Shown piece by piece: positions 44,244 through 53,533 of a stretch of DNA of 64,000 nt. The notes beneath the pieces are model-generated. The model had not been told where the DNA came from, ran no database searches, and saw only the letters and a list, made by a program, of their open reading frames with translations. The first letter of the stretch is position 1. The number at the start of each line of letters is the position of its first letter. The DNA comes from Thermodesulfobacteriota bacterium. Lineage in GTDB: Bacteria; Desulfobacterota_D; UBA1144; Nemesobacterales; Nemesobacteraceae. The position numbers were made by a program, and so were the translations under genes. Where the stretch lies: positions 346,237 to 410,236 of the forward strand of contig CBDAUE010000002.1 in the NCBI GenBank assembly GCA_965200595.1, read 5' to 3'.

Positions 44244-44996
44244 ATGAGGCATAAATGGGTTTTTATTCCACTTGTTTTTCTCCTTTTTTCCTGCGCGGGC
44301 AAGTTCCCGTCTGCCACGGTTGAGCGCTCTGACCTCTCCGACATATTGGCGGAGGCAAAACGCGCCCAGATGGAATTTATTTCGATAAAGGCCAGGGCCA
44401 GGGTGTCGGTAAAGTCCCCGCAGGGGAAAATTGTTTTCGATCAGGTAGCGACAGCGGTCCGCCCGGAGTTTCTTAGAGTTTCGGTCTTCGCTCCTTTCGG
44501 CGAGATGCTTGCGAGGGTGGTTTCCAACGGACAAAGCGTTACAATGAAAACCAACTGGGAAGAGCTGATCTTTGATAACCCCCAGGATTTCAAACTTTCT
44601 TATCTTTATCCGGGACTTCCGCCGCAGCTTGGAGTTAAGGACATAGTAAACTTCCTGCTGGGAGGATCCCCATTTGTCATTCCCGAAGAAAATTACTCCG
44701 TGCGGACCGGGGACAAGCAAGAAGAGATGGTCTTTGTGTTTTCGGGAAGCACTCCTTTGCGGGTAACGGTTGATTCTCGGAGAAATTTCGTAACCGGAGT
44801 CGAGGGCGTTCTTCATGACGGAGCGAAAGCCAGAGTTGAGTTTTCTCTGCTAAAACGGATTGCTGCGGATGCCTATTTCCCGACAAAGCTGCTGTTTGAG
44901 ACAGCCGATTACAGTCTCAGCGTGAATTATGAAGAGAATTTACGGGTAAACTCAAAGGCGGATATTTCTTTTTTCCGCTCCTCGGAGGAGAGATGA
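44244..44996 (+). CDS. lipoprotein, LolB/DUF4292-like
   Basis: LFSC lipobox; RPEFLRV..FAPFG. Confidence 0.7.
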   Translation: MRHKWVFIPLVFLLFSCAGKFPSATVERSDLSDILAEAKRAQMEFISIKARARVSVKSPQGKIVFDQVATAVRPEFLRVSVFAPFGEMLARVVSNGQSVTMKTNWEELIFDNPQDFKLSYLYPGLPPQLGVKDIVNFLLGGSPFVIPEENYSVRTGDKQEEMVFVFSGSTPLRVTVDSRRNFVTGVEGVLHDGAKARVEFSLLKRIAADAYFPTKLLFETADYSLSVNYEENLRVNSKADISFFRSSEER

Positions 44997-44997
44997 A

Positions 44998-45291
44998 TTG
45001 CCGCAGAAATTGCTTGTAAGAAATTTTGTGATAATGAATCGTCTGGGTCTTCACGCCAGAGCGGCCGCGGTTCTGGTTGCCCTGACCGGCAGATTCAGTT
45101 CCAGTATAATGATAAGGAAGGACAGCTTTGAAATAGACGGAAAAAGCATACTGGGCGTTCTGTCTCTTGCTGCCATCTGCGGTACAGAAGTTACCATTAC
45201 CATAGAAGGGGAGGACTCGGAGCTTGCAATGCAGGAAGTTTCCCGGCTGATTGAAAGCGGCTTCGGAGAAGGGGTTGATCCTCACAGCTGA
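44998..45291 (+). CDS. ptsH: HPr family phosphocarrier
   Basis: NRLGLHARAA, DGKSILG, GED. Confidence 0.92.
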   Translation: MPQKLLVRNFVIMNRLGLHARAAAVLVALTGRFSSSIMIRKDSFEIDGKSILGVLSLAAICGTEVTITIEGEDSELAMQEVSRLIESGFGEGVDPHS

Positions 45292-45357
45292 GTTCGGGGC
45301 ATTTTGCAGACGGCATAAACCGGAATCCGTTTTTTTGGGAAAAGGGCTTTTAGAACC

Positions 45358-46650
45358 ATGAAGATTATAAAAATAAATTCAAAGAATCTCGAAAGAAGAT
45401 CCACAGAAATAGAGAAATCGGCCTCGCATTTCGACCCCGAGCTTGTTTCGCAAACTGAAAAGATTGTGGAGGATGTGAGAAAACGGGGAGATGCGGAGCT
45501 TTTTCGCTACGCAAAGAAGTTTGACGGACCGCATGTAAACGCGAAAAACGTAAAGGTCACCGACCGTGAGTTTGAAGAGGCAAGAGCGGCCGTATCGCCG
45601 GTCATTGCCAGAGATCTTAAAAAGGCTGCTTCGCGGATCCGCTCCTATCAGAAAAAAAAGCTTCCGAAGGCCCGAACCTACAGGGATGCGCTTGGAAACG
45701 AACTTGGCTGGATGATAAGACCTATTGAGAAGGTGGGAGTATATGTTCCCGGAGGCAAGGCTTCTTACCCTTCTACCGTGCTTATGACAGCCGTACCGGC
45801 ACGGGTTGCAGGAACAGTCGATATAAGCGTTGTCACACCGTGTTCGGGGAAGCGGGTGAACCCCGAGATTCTTCTGGCTTGCGAGATTGCAGGGGTGAGC
45901 AGCGTCTACAAAATAGGCGGAGCTCACGCCATAGCTGCCATGGCTTTCGGAACCAGAAGCATACCGAAAGTGGACAAGATAGTGGGTCCTGGGAACATCT
46001 ACGTTACGATAGCCAAAAAGCTGGTTTACGGTTTCTGCGACATTGACATGCTGGCAGGGCCGACCGAAGTTCTGATTATCGCTGACGGTTCCTGTCCTGC
46101 TGGATGGGTGGCTGCGGACCTGCTTGCCCAGGCCGAGCATGACGAGATGTCAATCCCGATTCTTGCCACCACAAGCTATGATTACGCCAAAGAGGTGAAA
46201 AAAGAGGTGCTCTCACAGCTTGGAAAGCTTGACAGGGAAAAAATCGCTGGAGCCGCGGTCTCAAACAACGGAAGAATCTACGTAACCGAGAATACGGAGC
46301 AGGCAGTTACGCTTTCAAACGCGGCTGCTCCCGAGCATCTTGAGCTATGCGTGCGCTCTCCCAAGTCTCTTCTAAAGGGCATAAAACACGCGGGAGCCGT
46401 ATTTTTGGGTTCTCTCTCGACTGAGCCTTTCGGCGATTACGTCTCGGGTCCGAGTCACGTTCTTCCCACGGGAGGAGCGGCTAGGTTTTCCTCTCCTCTT
46501 AGCGTTTATGATTTTCTCAGGATGCCGAGCACCATATCGATGTCGAAAAAAGGCTTTTCATCTCTCGGTGGGACCGTTATGAACCTTGCTCATGTCGAGG
46601 GGCTGTCGGGTCACGCATTTTCGGTAAAAAGACGAATTGAAGATTCCTGA
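45358..46650 (+). CDS. hisD: histidinol dehydrogenase
   Basis: YVPGG, GPGNIYV, DMLAGPTE, QAEHD, PEHLEL, HVLPT. Confidence 0.97.
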   Translation: MKIIKINSKNLERRSTEIEKSASHFDPELVSQTEKIVEDVRKRGDAELFRYAKKFDGPHVNAKNVKVTDREFEEARAAVSPVIARDLKKAASRIRSYQKKKLPKARTYRDALGNELGWMIRPIEKVGVYVPGGKASYPSTVLMTAVPARVAGTVDISVVTPCSGKRVNPEILLACEIAGVSSVYKIGGAHAIAAMAFGTRSIPKVDKIVGPGNIYVTIAKKLVYGFCDIDMLAGPTEVLIIADGSCPAGWVAADLLAQAEHDEMSIPILATTSYDYAKEVKKEVLSQLGKLDREKIAGAAVSNNGRIYVTENTEQAVTLSNAAAPEHLELCVRSPKSLLKGIKHAGAVFLGSLSTEPFGDYVSGPSHVLPTGGAARFSSPLSVYDFLRMPSTISMSKKGFSSLGGTVMNLAHVEGLSGHAFSVKRRIEDS

Positions 46651-46688
46651 GCAATGTTCGCTTTGGTTGTTCGGAGAGGGACAAGACA

Positions 46689-47762
46689 GTGTCTGACGCA
46701 CATTCAATCACAAAAAGAATTTCTAAGGGCGTGAGATCAATATCCGCTTACTCGGTGCCTAGGATCGACTGCTCGGTGAAGCTTGACGGGAATGAAAGTC
46801 CTTACGATCTTGAGGGGGAGGAGAAGCTTGCGCTCTGCGAACTGCTGGCGGAACTTCCCGTAAATCGTTATCCGGACCCCGAAGCTTTGAGGTTAAGAAA
46901 TTCTCTTTCCCGCTCTGCAGGCTTCCCGGTGGACGGCATACTGCTTGGCAACGGCTCAGATGAAATCATACAGATGATCGTCGAGGTGTTCGGAGGGAAA
47001 AGCGGCCGCATACTCGTACCATCCCCGACTTTTTCAATGTACAGAATCACGTCGCTTGTTCTTGGGAAAAAGGTGACGGAGGTTGAGCTTGATGAGAATT
47101 TTGACATAGACCTCAAACAGACCCTGGAGGCGGTCCGCACGCAGGATCCCGACATCGTTTTTCTCTCGACTCCGAACAATCCTACCGGGAATTCCTTTTC
47201 GGAAGAAAAAGTGCTGGAGATTGTGGAGGCAAGCGGTGGCGCGGTGGTTGTCGATGAGGCTTACTGTGATTTTTCGAAGAAAACCTATATTCCCCATATA
47301 GACAAATATGAAAATCTGTTGGTGCTGAGAACAATGTCCAAGATAGGGTTTGCAGGTGTGAGACTTGGAATGTTGTTTGCGCAGCCGCAGATCGCAGACG
47401 AGGTGAACAAGGCGCGTCTTCCCTACAACATAAATTCCTTTACCCAGAAAGTGGTGTCTTTTGCTCTTGAAAACCCAGAGGTTGTTGAACGTAAAACAGG
47501 CCTCATACTGAGCGAGAGAGAAAGGGTCCGTGTGCTGCTTGAGAGCATTGGGCAGATACATGTCTATCCGACAGACGCGAATTTTTTCTTGGTACGCTTT
47601 ACGGACGCGGATTTTCTCTTCGAAGAGCTGGTCAGAAACGATATTCTGGTCCGACGCTTCAAGGGAGAGAAACGTCTTGCAGACTGTCTTAGGATTACGG
47701 TTGGAACCAGAGAGGAAAACGATCGGCTTGCCGAGGCTCTAGTCAGCATATTTTCTTCCTAA
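46689..47762 (+). CDS. hisC: histidinol-phosphate aminotransferase
   Basis: NRYPD, GNGSDE, PNNPTG, DEAY, RTMSK, RITVG. Confidence 0.95.
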   Translation: MSDAHSITKRISKGVRSISAYSVPRIDCSVKLDGNESPYDLEGEEKLALCELLAELPVNRYPDPEALRLRNSLSRSAGFPVDGILLGNGSDEIIQMIVEVFGGKSGRILVPSPTFSMYRITSLVLGKKVTEVELDENFDIDLKQTLEAVRTQDPDIVFLSTPNNPTGNSFSEEKVLEIVEASGGAVVVDEAYCDFSKKTYIPHIDKYENLLVLRTMSKIGFAGVRLGMLFAQPQIADEVNKARLPYNINSFTQKVVSFALENPEVVERKTGLILSERERVRVLLESIGQIHVYPTDANFFLVRFTDADFLFEELVRNDILVRRFKGEKRLADCLRITVGTREENDRLAEALVSIFSS

Positions 47763-49322
47763 GTAGTTTTTCACGACAAAGAGGATTGTCACCGCAAGAG
47801 CTATCCACGCGAAGATGTCTCCTACCCTCGAGTAGAGAGTTTCAAGCGAATCAATCAGAACCACCTCTCCCTCAAGGTTCTCCGTAGTAAATATATCTGT
47901 GCTGGCCTCTATTTTTCCGGTAGGAGATACGATCGCGCTTACGCCGCTGTTAGTTGATCTTACAAGGTAACGGCGTGTTTCGACTGCCCTCGGAATTGAG
48001 AGGAGCAGATGCTGGTAGGGAGCGATGCTCCTTCCGAACCACGCGTCGTTTGTGAGGTTGACGAGCAGGTTTGCTCCCCTTTTCACGTAGTCACTCGAAA
48101 TCCCGGCCACTATGTCTTCATAGCATATAAGAGGTCCTATTCTCATGTTTTTTTCCGGAATCTCAAGCACTCTCAGACCCTCTCCCGGGGTGAGATCTCC
48201 CATCATCGGGAAAACCCTTTTCAGGAACTTGAGTTCTTCGTTTATCATCGGGAAATATTCTCCCAGAAGGAAAAGCCGGGTTTTGCTGTAGTGGCCCAGG
48301 ATATTGCTTTGGGAGTTCACCAGAAAGGCCGTGTTGTATTTTTTGTGGTCCTCTTCGTCCCAGCCGTCTTCAAGCAGGGCGAGGTCCTGCGTATAGGAGA
48401 GCCCTCCGATCAGGAAGTGAGCATCGTGTCCCGTCGGCGCTATCTCTGTGTGGTCTTCAATTCTGTATGATGATTTTTCTTTTGGAAACCAGTACTGAAC
48501 CGATGTCTCCGGCCAGATCACAAGCTCCGCCTCCTGAAGCTTTTGTGACATCTCCCTGTGTTTTTGCGTTATGATCGGTTCATTGTCGAGATTTTTCTCC
48601 GCGTAATCGAAATTGGCCTGAACCATCCCAATTCTAACCCGAGGCTCTGTTTTAAGGAAATTCTCAATTTCATTTATTCTCAAAGACCCGTAGCCGAGCA
48701 CGATTGCGATTGTTGCGATCGAGATTGCGGGTGCGGCGAGCCCGGGTTTTTTCCTCCGAAGCAAGTCGTCTGCAAGATAGAAGACCGATACGTTCGCAAA
48801 AAACATAAGGAATCCCAGAAAATTTACCCCGAGCGTGTCAACCACCTGTATCAGCTTCGGGTAGTAGGCTTGAGAGACCCCTATTCCGTAGGGAAACAGA
48901 ACCGGAAAGAAAAACTCTGTGACCACCCAGGCAAAAGAAATCATGAGTGCGTTTGCGACACTTTTTCTTCGGCAGAGTCCGAATCTCGATATATACCAGG
49001 TGAAAATCCCGAACTGAAGCGATGAGTACACACAGAACAGAAAAACGGCCGCAACGCTTGGGAGCAGAGCGATTTCCCCGAACCTGTTGAGAGTTCCCAC
49101 AAGCCAGTAAAGCGAGACAAGATTCATGGATGTCCCGGATATCATGCCCAGTCGAAATGACTGCGAGGCGCTTTTACCCCTGAGCGCCAGTAGCATCGGG
49201 ACAAAACATATCCAGCCCAGCAGGCCGAGAGTGCTTGAAAAAAGGGATACGGAAAAAAGAACCCCGGACACTGCGGCCAGGATCTGTTCTCCGGTCGGTG
49301 TGATTGTCCGGACTGTTTTCAT
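47739..49322 (-). CDS. lnt: apolipoprotein N-acyltransferase
   Basis: Multiple TMs; WPET, LGEY, ICYE, TNDAWFG, RAVE, NSGVS. Confidence 0.95.
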   Translation of the reverse strand: MKTVRTITPTGEQILAAVSGVLFSVSLFSSTLGLLGWICFVPMLLALRGKSASQSFRLGMISGTSMNLVSLYWLVGTLNRFGEIALLPSVAAVFLFCVYSSLQFGIFTWYISRFGLCRRKSVANALMISFAWVVTEFFFPVLFPYGIGVSQAYYPKLIQVVDTLGVNFLGFLMFFANVSVFYLADDLLRRKKPGLAAPAISIATIAIVLGYGSLRINEIENFLKTEPRVRIGMVQANFDYAEKNLDNEPIITQKHREMSQKLQEAELVIWPETSVQYWFPKEKSSYRIEDHTEIAPTGHDAHFLIGGLSYTQDLALLEDGWDEEDHKKYNTAFLVNSQSNILGHYSKTRLFLLGEYFPMINEELKFLKRVFPMMGDLTPGEGLRVLEIPEKNMRIGPLICYEDIVAGISSDYVKRGANLLVNLTNDAWFGRSIAPYQHLLLSIPRAVETRRYLVRSTNSGVSAIVSPTGKIEASTDIFTTENLEGEVVLIDSLETLYSRVGDIFAWIALAVTILFVVKNYLGRKYAD

Positions 49323-49344
49323 GCGTAGCTGCGGGACTGCGGGT

Positions 49345-50103
49345 TCAGGACGCTTCTTTGTGTCTGCGTATGGATATGTACTTAAACGCTCCGATGAGAA
49401 TCAGCGCAAGCCCCATTACCTGCGCTACCGAAAGGCCGGATATCGGGCTTTCAGTGGTGTTTCTTATGAATTCGACAAAGAACCTCTCAAGACCCGCAAG
49501 TACGAGGTATATGCTGGCTAGCCAGCCTACAGGTCTGTCCTTCTTTCTTATCTTCCACAGAAATATGAACACAAGCGACATTATGATCGTTTCATAAATC
49601 TGAGTCGGATGAACCGCCTCAAGCGTTGGCGGGGACCCCTTCGGAAACGGCATCGCCCAGGGAAGGGAGGAGGCGATTCCGTAATCGTCTCCGACCAGAA
49701 GGCAGCCGACCCTTCCGACCGCATAGGCTATTGCGAGAGCCGGCGCGACAGCGTCAAGAACTTTCCAGAAACTTTCTTTATGCTTTTTTGTCAGCACGAA
49801 AAAAGCCAGCAGCGACAGAAAAAACCCCCCGTAGAAGGTAAGTCCTCCTCTTAGAAGAAGATAGTACATGGGAGATGAGATAAGTTCGCTCAGCGGAACG
49901 TTTTCGATCAGAAAAAGAAACTTGGCGCCAAGTATGCCTCCTACAAGGCAGGCAAGAAAACCGTGTTCGTGAAGCTTTCTGGACATTCCTTTTCTTTCAA
50001 ATTCCAGTCCGGAAAACCAGAAAGCCACAAGAAAAGCTGCGGCGACCATTACCCCGAAAGAAGTAATATGAAAATCGCCTATTCTGAAAAGTTCGGGGAA
50101 CAT
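49345..50103 (-). CDS. lgt: prolipoprotein diacylglyceryl transferase
   Basis: GLTFYGG, GRVGC, HPTQIYE, RFFVEFIR. Confidence 0.95.
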   Translation of the reverse strand: MFPELFRIGDFHITSFGVMVAAAFLVAFWFSGLEFERKGMSRKLHEHGFLACLVGGILGAKFLFLIENVPLSELISSPMYYLLLRGGLTFYGGFFLSLLAFFVLTKKHKESFWKVLDAVAPALAIAYAVGRVGCLLVGDDYGIASSLPWAMPFPKGSPPTLEAVHPTQIYETIIMSLVFIFLWKIRKKDRPVGWLASIYLVLAGLERFFVEFIRNTTESPISGLSVAQVMGLALILIGAFKYISIRRHKEAS

Positions 50104-50232
50104 CTATTTCTTCTCTCTTTCGGCTTCAAGTTCTTTTTCCGTTTCGGAGTTCGATTTCATGAGAAGAAATATGGACAAAAACAGCACTGCGCACAGGACT
50201 ATCTGAATCAGCAGGTTGGTTTTCATTTCCAT
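50104..50232 (-). CDS. 42-aa small membrane protein (below ORF-track cutoff)
   Basis: MEMKTNLLIQIVLCAVLFLSIFLLMKSNSETEKELEAEREKK; AGAGG RBS; stop directly abuts the lgt ATG. Confidence 0.65.
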   Translation of the reverse strand: MEMKTNLLIQIVLCAVLFLSIFLLMKSNSETEKELEAEREKK

Positions 50233-50349
50233 GTTATACGAACTTCCTCTTTGGTTGGGCGATCACAATTTTAACGAACAGTCAGGAAAAGTAAAAGTGC
50301 CGTTGTGTGCTTGAATAACCCCCGCAAGCCGGTAAACTAGTCGGCTAAT

Positions 50350-50946
50350 ATGCTTCAGTCACCTGTACTGGTTTTGAATAGGTTTTTCGTCCCTGTTTCT
50401 GTAACCAGCCTGAAAAGGGCCTTTATCCTTCTTTACGGTGGCGCCGCAAAGGCTGTGAACAGGGAGCATGAGACATTTGACTTTGATTCGTGGAAGGATA
50501 TCCGTTCGGTCGATGTCGATGACTGCGTGAGAACCGTTACCAGCGTCATAAAGGCTCCTAGGGTGATAATTCTCGTCAGGTATGAGGGATACCACAGAAA
50601 GCAGCCCAAGTTTAACAGGATAAACATTTTCAGAAGGGACGCGGACACATGCCAGTACTGCGCGAAGGCTTTTCCGAAAAGAGATCTCACCCTTGACCAC
50701 GTGGTTCCGCGGTCAATGGGCGGCAAAAGCACCTGGAACAACATCGTGTGCTGCTGTGTTAAGTGCAACAGGAAAAAAGGAGGAAAGACTCCCGAGCAGG
50801 CAAGCATGAAACTGCTTGCCAAACCTGCGAAACCCGCCGCCAGCATTTTTTCCAGCCTCCATTTCAAAACTGTTAGATATGAGGAGTGGGAGCCTTTTCT
50901 TGACTTTGTCGATGTATCTTACTGGAACGTTGAACTGACTGACTGA
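50350..50946 (+). CDS. HNH endonuclease family protein
   Basis: VLVLN, RD..TCQYC, LTLDHVVPRSMGG, WNNIV.CC..CN..K. Confidence 0.9.
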   Translation: MLQSPVLVLNRFFVPVSVTSLKRAFILLYGGAAKAVNREHETFDFDSWKDIRSVDVDDCVRTVTSVIKAPRVIILVRYEGYHRKQPKFNRINIFRRDADTCQYCAKAFPKRDLTLDHVVPRSMGGKSTWNNIVCCCVKCNRKKGGKTPEQASMKLLAKPAKPAASIFSSLHFKTVRYEEWEPFLDFVDVSYWNVELTD

Positions 50947-51022
50947 AGGTTTGTTTCACAACATGGTTTTGCTGAGAAGTTATTCCCCGTTTGCAGCATT
51001 CGGACTTGGAAAGAAATAAGAG

Positions 51023-52288
51023 ATGAGATCAGCGCTTGCGATTTTATTTACAATCTTGTTGCTGCCCTGCTTGGCGGCTGCGCAGATACAGCTTCCCCCG
51101 GTTGCCTCTCCGATAAAAAAAATACCGATTGCGGTCGCCGTGCTTAAATCCAAGGGAAGTTTAAGCGTATACGGGAAGAACTTCACTGATGTTCTGAAAA
51201 ATGATCTTACCAATGCGGCCCTTTTTGATGTCCGTCAGGTAAACATCCTGTATTCATCCCCATTTGAAGATATAGATTTCGAATACCTGGATTCCAAGAA
51301 GACTAGGTATCTGGTGAGCGGAGAATTCAGTGTTTCGTCTATGGAGGTCTTTTATGATCTCGTAGTCTATGATGTGCCCGCCAAGCAGGAGCGTATGAGA
51401 AGGAGATACACGACGCCTCCTCGTCACATAAGAAACGTGGTGCACAAATTTGCGGGCGAACTTATGAAGGAGCTTGCCGACCTCGAGGGATTTTTTGATT
51501 CCGAGATCGTATTTGTCAGAAAAAGCGGCAATGGAAGCGATCTTTTCATCATGGATTACGACGGATACAACCCGAAAAGACTTACCAGTCACAAATCTTC
51601 GATTCTCTCTCCTGACTGTTCGCCTGACGGAGCCCAGGTGGTTTTCACTTCGGACAGAAACTGGGACCATGATGTCTACTTGCTGAATTTCAAGGCCACC
51701 CGCCTTCCCGCAGAGGGCAGCAGGATTACCCGGGGGATTCATCTCGACAGTTCTCCTAGCTGGTCCCCGGACGGCAGCCGCGTGGCGTTTAGCCGTAACG
51801 GAGACATATACGTAGCTTCGCCCTCAGGGGAAATACTCAAGCGGCTTACTACTTCTCCCGCCATAGACATCTCGCCCACCTGGTCTCCCGACGGGACAAA
51901 AATTGCCTTTGTGTCGGATCGTGCGGGAGCGCCGAACATATACGTGATGAGTTCAGATGGGGGCAGGGCCCTGAAGATTACCTCCGGGGGTTACAACACC
52001 GATCCGGTCTGGTCTCCAAACCCCTTGGTTAACCGCATAGCGTTTGTGAAAGTGGAAAAATCCAAGGCCGACATATACTCCGTGGGACCTGCCGGCCACG
52101 GTCAGCAGAGGCTTACCTCTTCGGGAAGAAACGAGCATCCCTCCTGGTCTCCTGATGGTCACTACATAACTTTTTCTTCAAAGAGGCTGGGCAAAAGGCA
52201 GGTATATATCATGTACTTAAACGGCGAGAACAAACTTCCGCTTTCCCGGGGCGGAAATGATTCGTTCTCCACCTGGTGCGTGAAGTAG
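51023..52288 (+). CDS. tolB: TolB-like beta-propeller protein
   Basis: Signal peptide, MDYDG, repeated PD40 motifs (PSWSPDG). Confidence 0.88.
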   Translation: MRSALAILFTILLLPCLAAAQIQLPPVASPIKKIPIAVAVLKSKGSLSVYGKNFTDVLKNDLTNAALFDVRQVNILYSSPFEDIDFEYLDSKKTRYLVSGEFSVSSMEVFYDLVVYDVPAKQERMRRRYTTPPRHIRNVVHKFAGELMKELADLEGFFDSEIVFVRKSGNGSDLFIMDYDGYNPKRLTSHKSSILSPDCSPDGAQVVFTSDRNWDHDVYLLNFKATRLPAEGSRITRGIHLDSSPSWSPDGSRVAFSRNGDIYVASPSGEILKRLTTSPAIDISPTWSPDGTKIAFVSDRAGAPNIYVMSSDGGRALKITSGGYNTDPVWSPNPLVNRIAFVKVEKSKADIYSVGPAGHGQQRLTSSGRNEHPSWSPDGHYITFSSKRLGKRQVYIMYLNGENKLPLSRGGNDSFSTWCVK

Positions 52289-52854
52289 CGGATGAGAAGG
52301 TTTTGCTGTTGAGAATTTTTATCGCGGCCTTTTTACCTGAAGAAACAGGAGATGTTCTTGTCCGCTACTTACGGTCGCTTAGGGGTTTTCTTCAAGGAGT
52401 GAGATGGGAGCGGAGGGAGAGACTCCACGTCACGCTCAGGTTTCTTGGAGATGTTGACGAATCGTGTCTTGAGGATATATTGGCCAGTGTAGGTACGGCG
52501 GTTTGCGGCTCAGGGTGTGTTGATTCCGGATTTGACGATCTCTGCCTGTTTCCAAGTTCGACAAGACCCAGAGTGCTGGCCTTAGGTCTTGTAAAAACCG
52601 AGCGGTTCCAGTTGCTTTTTGACAAAGTGCAGAGTGCGGTTTTGCAAAGCGGGTTCGATGTGGAAAAAAGAAAATTCATCCCGCATGTGACTCTGGGAAG
52701 GATCAGAGGGGGTTTTTCGGGAATCAGCAGAATTCCCCGGCCGGACCCGACTGAGTTTTTAATTACGAGAATCGGGATTGTTCAAAGTGAACTTGGACAC
52801 CGGGGGTCCCGCTACACCGCCCTCAGCACATGGAATCTTGACAGCGGTATTTGA
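52276..52854 (+). CDS. thpR: RNA 2',3'-cyclic phosphodiesterase
   Basis: RIFIA, HVTLRFLG, FIPHVTLGR (two HxT motifs). Confidence 0.9.
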   Translation: MREVADEKVLLLRIFIAAFLPEETGDVLVRYLRSLRGFLQGVRWERRERLHVTLRFLGDVDESCLEDILASVGTAVCGSGCVDSGFDDLCLFPSSTRPRVLALGLVKTERFQLLFDKVQSAVLQSGFDVEKRKFIPHVTLGRIRGGFSGISRIPRPDPTEFLITRIGIVQSELGHRGSRYTALSTWNLDSGI

Positions 52855-52908
52855 CAAAAGAATTTTTTAACAGGCAAAATAGTGCTTCCATAAAGTGTGG
52901 AGGGTGTT

Positions 52909-53223
52909 ATGCACGCTGTTATAAAAACCGGTGGAAAACAGTATATAGTCAGTCCGGGTGACGTTATTGATATAGAAAAAATCTCCGGCGAACCCGGCCA
53001 AGAGGTGAACTTTGAGGAAGTTCTGCTTGTGTCCGCTGACGGAGAGGACGTTAAGGTGGGGAGTCCTGTTGTTGAAAGTGCGAGGGTTGAGGGTAGAATA
53101 GCGAGGCAGAAAAAGGGCGACAAGATAATAGTCTTCAAATTCAAAAGAAGAAAGGGGTACAGGAAAAAGGCGGGCCATCGCCAGAACCTGACCAGCGTCG
53201 AGATTAAGAGCATAAGCGCTTGA
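52909..53223 (+). CDS. rplU: 50S ribosomal protein L21
   Basis: [16 protein letters not shown]...GHRQ. Confidence 0.97.
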   Translation: MHAVIKTGGKQYIVSPGDVIDIEKISGEPGQEVNFEEVLLVSADGEDVKVGSPVVESARVEGRIARQKKGDKIIVFKFKRRKGYRKKAGHRQNLTSVEIKSISA

Positions 53224-53242
53224 TTCGCGGAGGCGAGTAAGC

Positions 53243-53497
53243 ATGTCAACTAAAAAAGGCGGCGGAAGTTCCAAAAACGGAAGGGACTCAATAGGCAGAA
53301 GGCTTGGCGTAAAGAAATTCGGAGGCCAGCCTGTTGTAAAGGGCAACATAGTAGTAAGGCAGCGCGGTACCAGCATCAAGCCCGGTCTTAACGTGGGACT
53401 TGGGAAGGATTACACTATATTCGCACTGTCTGACGGGGTTGTGAAGTTTCACAAATCCGGAAAGGGAAGAACAAAGGTTTCTGTAATTCCTGTCTGA
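53243..53497 (+). CDS. rpmA: 50S ribosomal protein L27
   Basis: [31 protein letters not shown]. Confidence 0.97.
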   Translation: MSTKKGGGSSKNGRDSIGRRLGVKKFGGQPVVKGNIVVRQRGTSIKPGLNVGLGKDYTIFALSDGVVKFHKSGKGRTKVSVIPV

Positions 53498-53533
53498 AAA
53501 TTCCCGCCATAATTTGTTTTTCCCCAACTATGC

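Noticed and set aside
50350-50946. HNH gene as part of a mobile or RNA-guided system
   Set aside because: Stand-alone HNH type among housekeeping genes; no RuvC, flanking repeats or room for a guide array.
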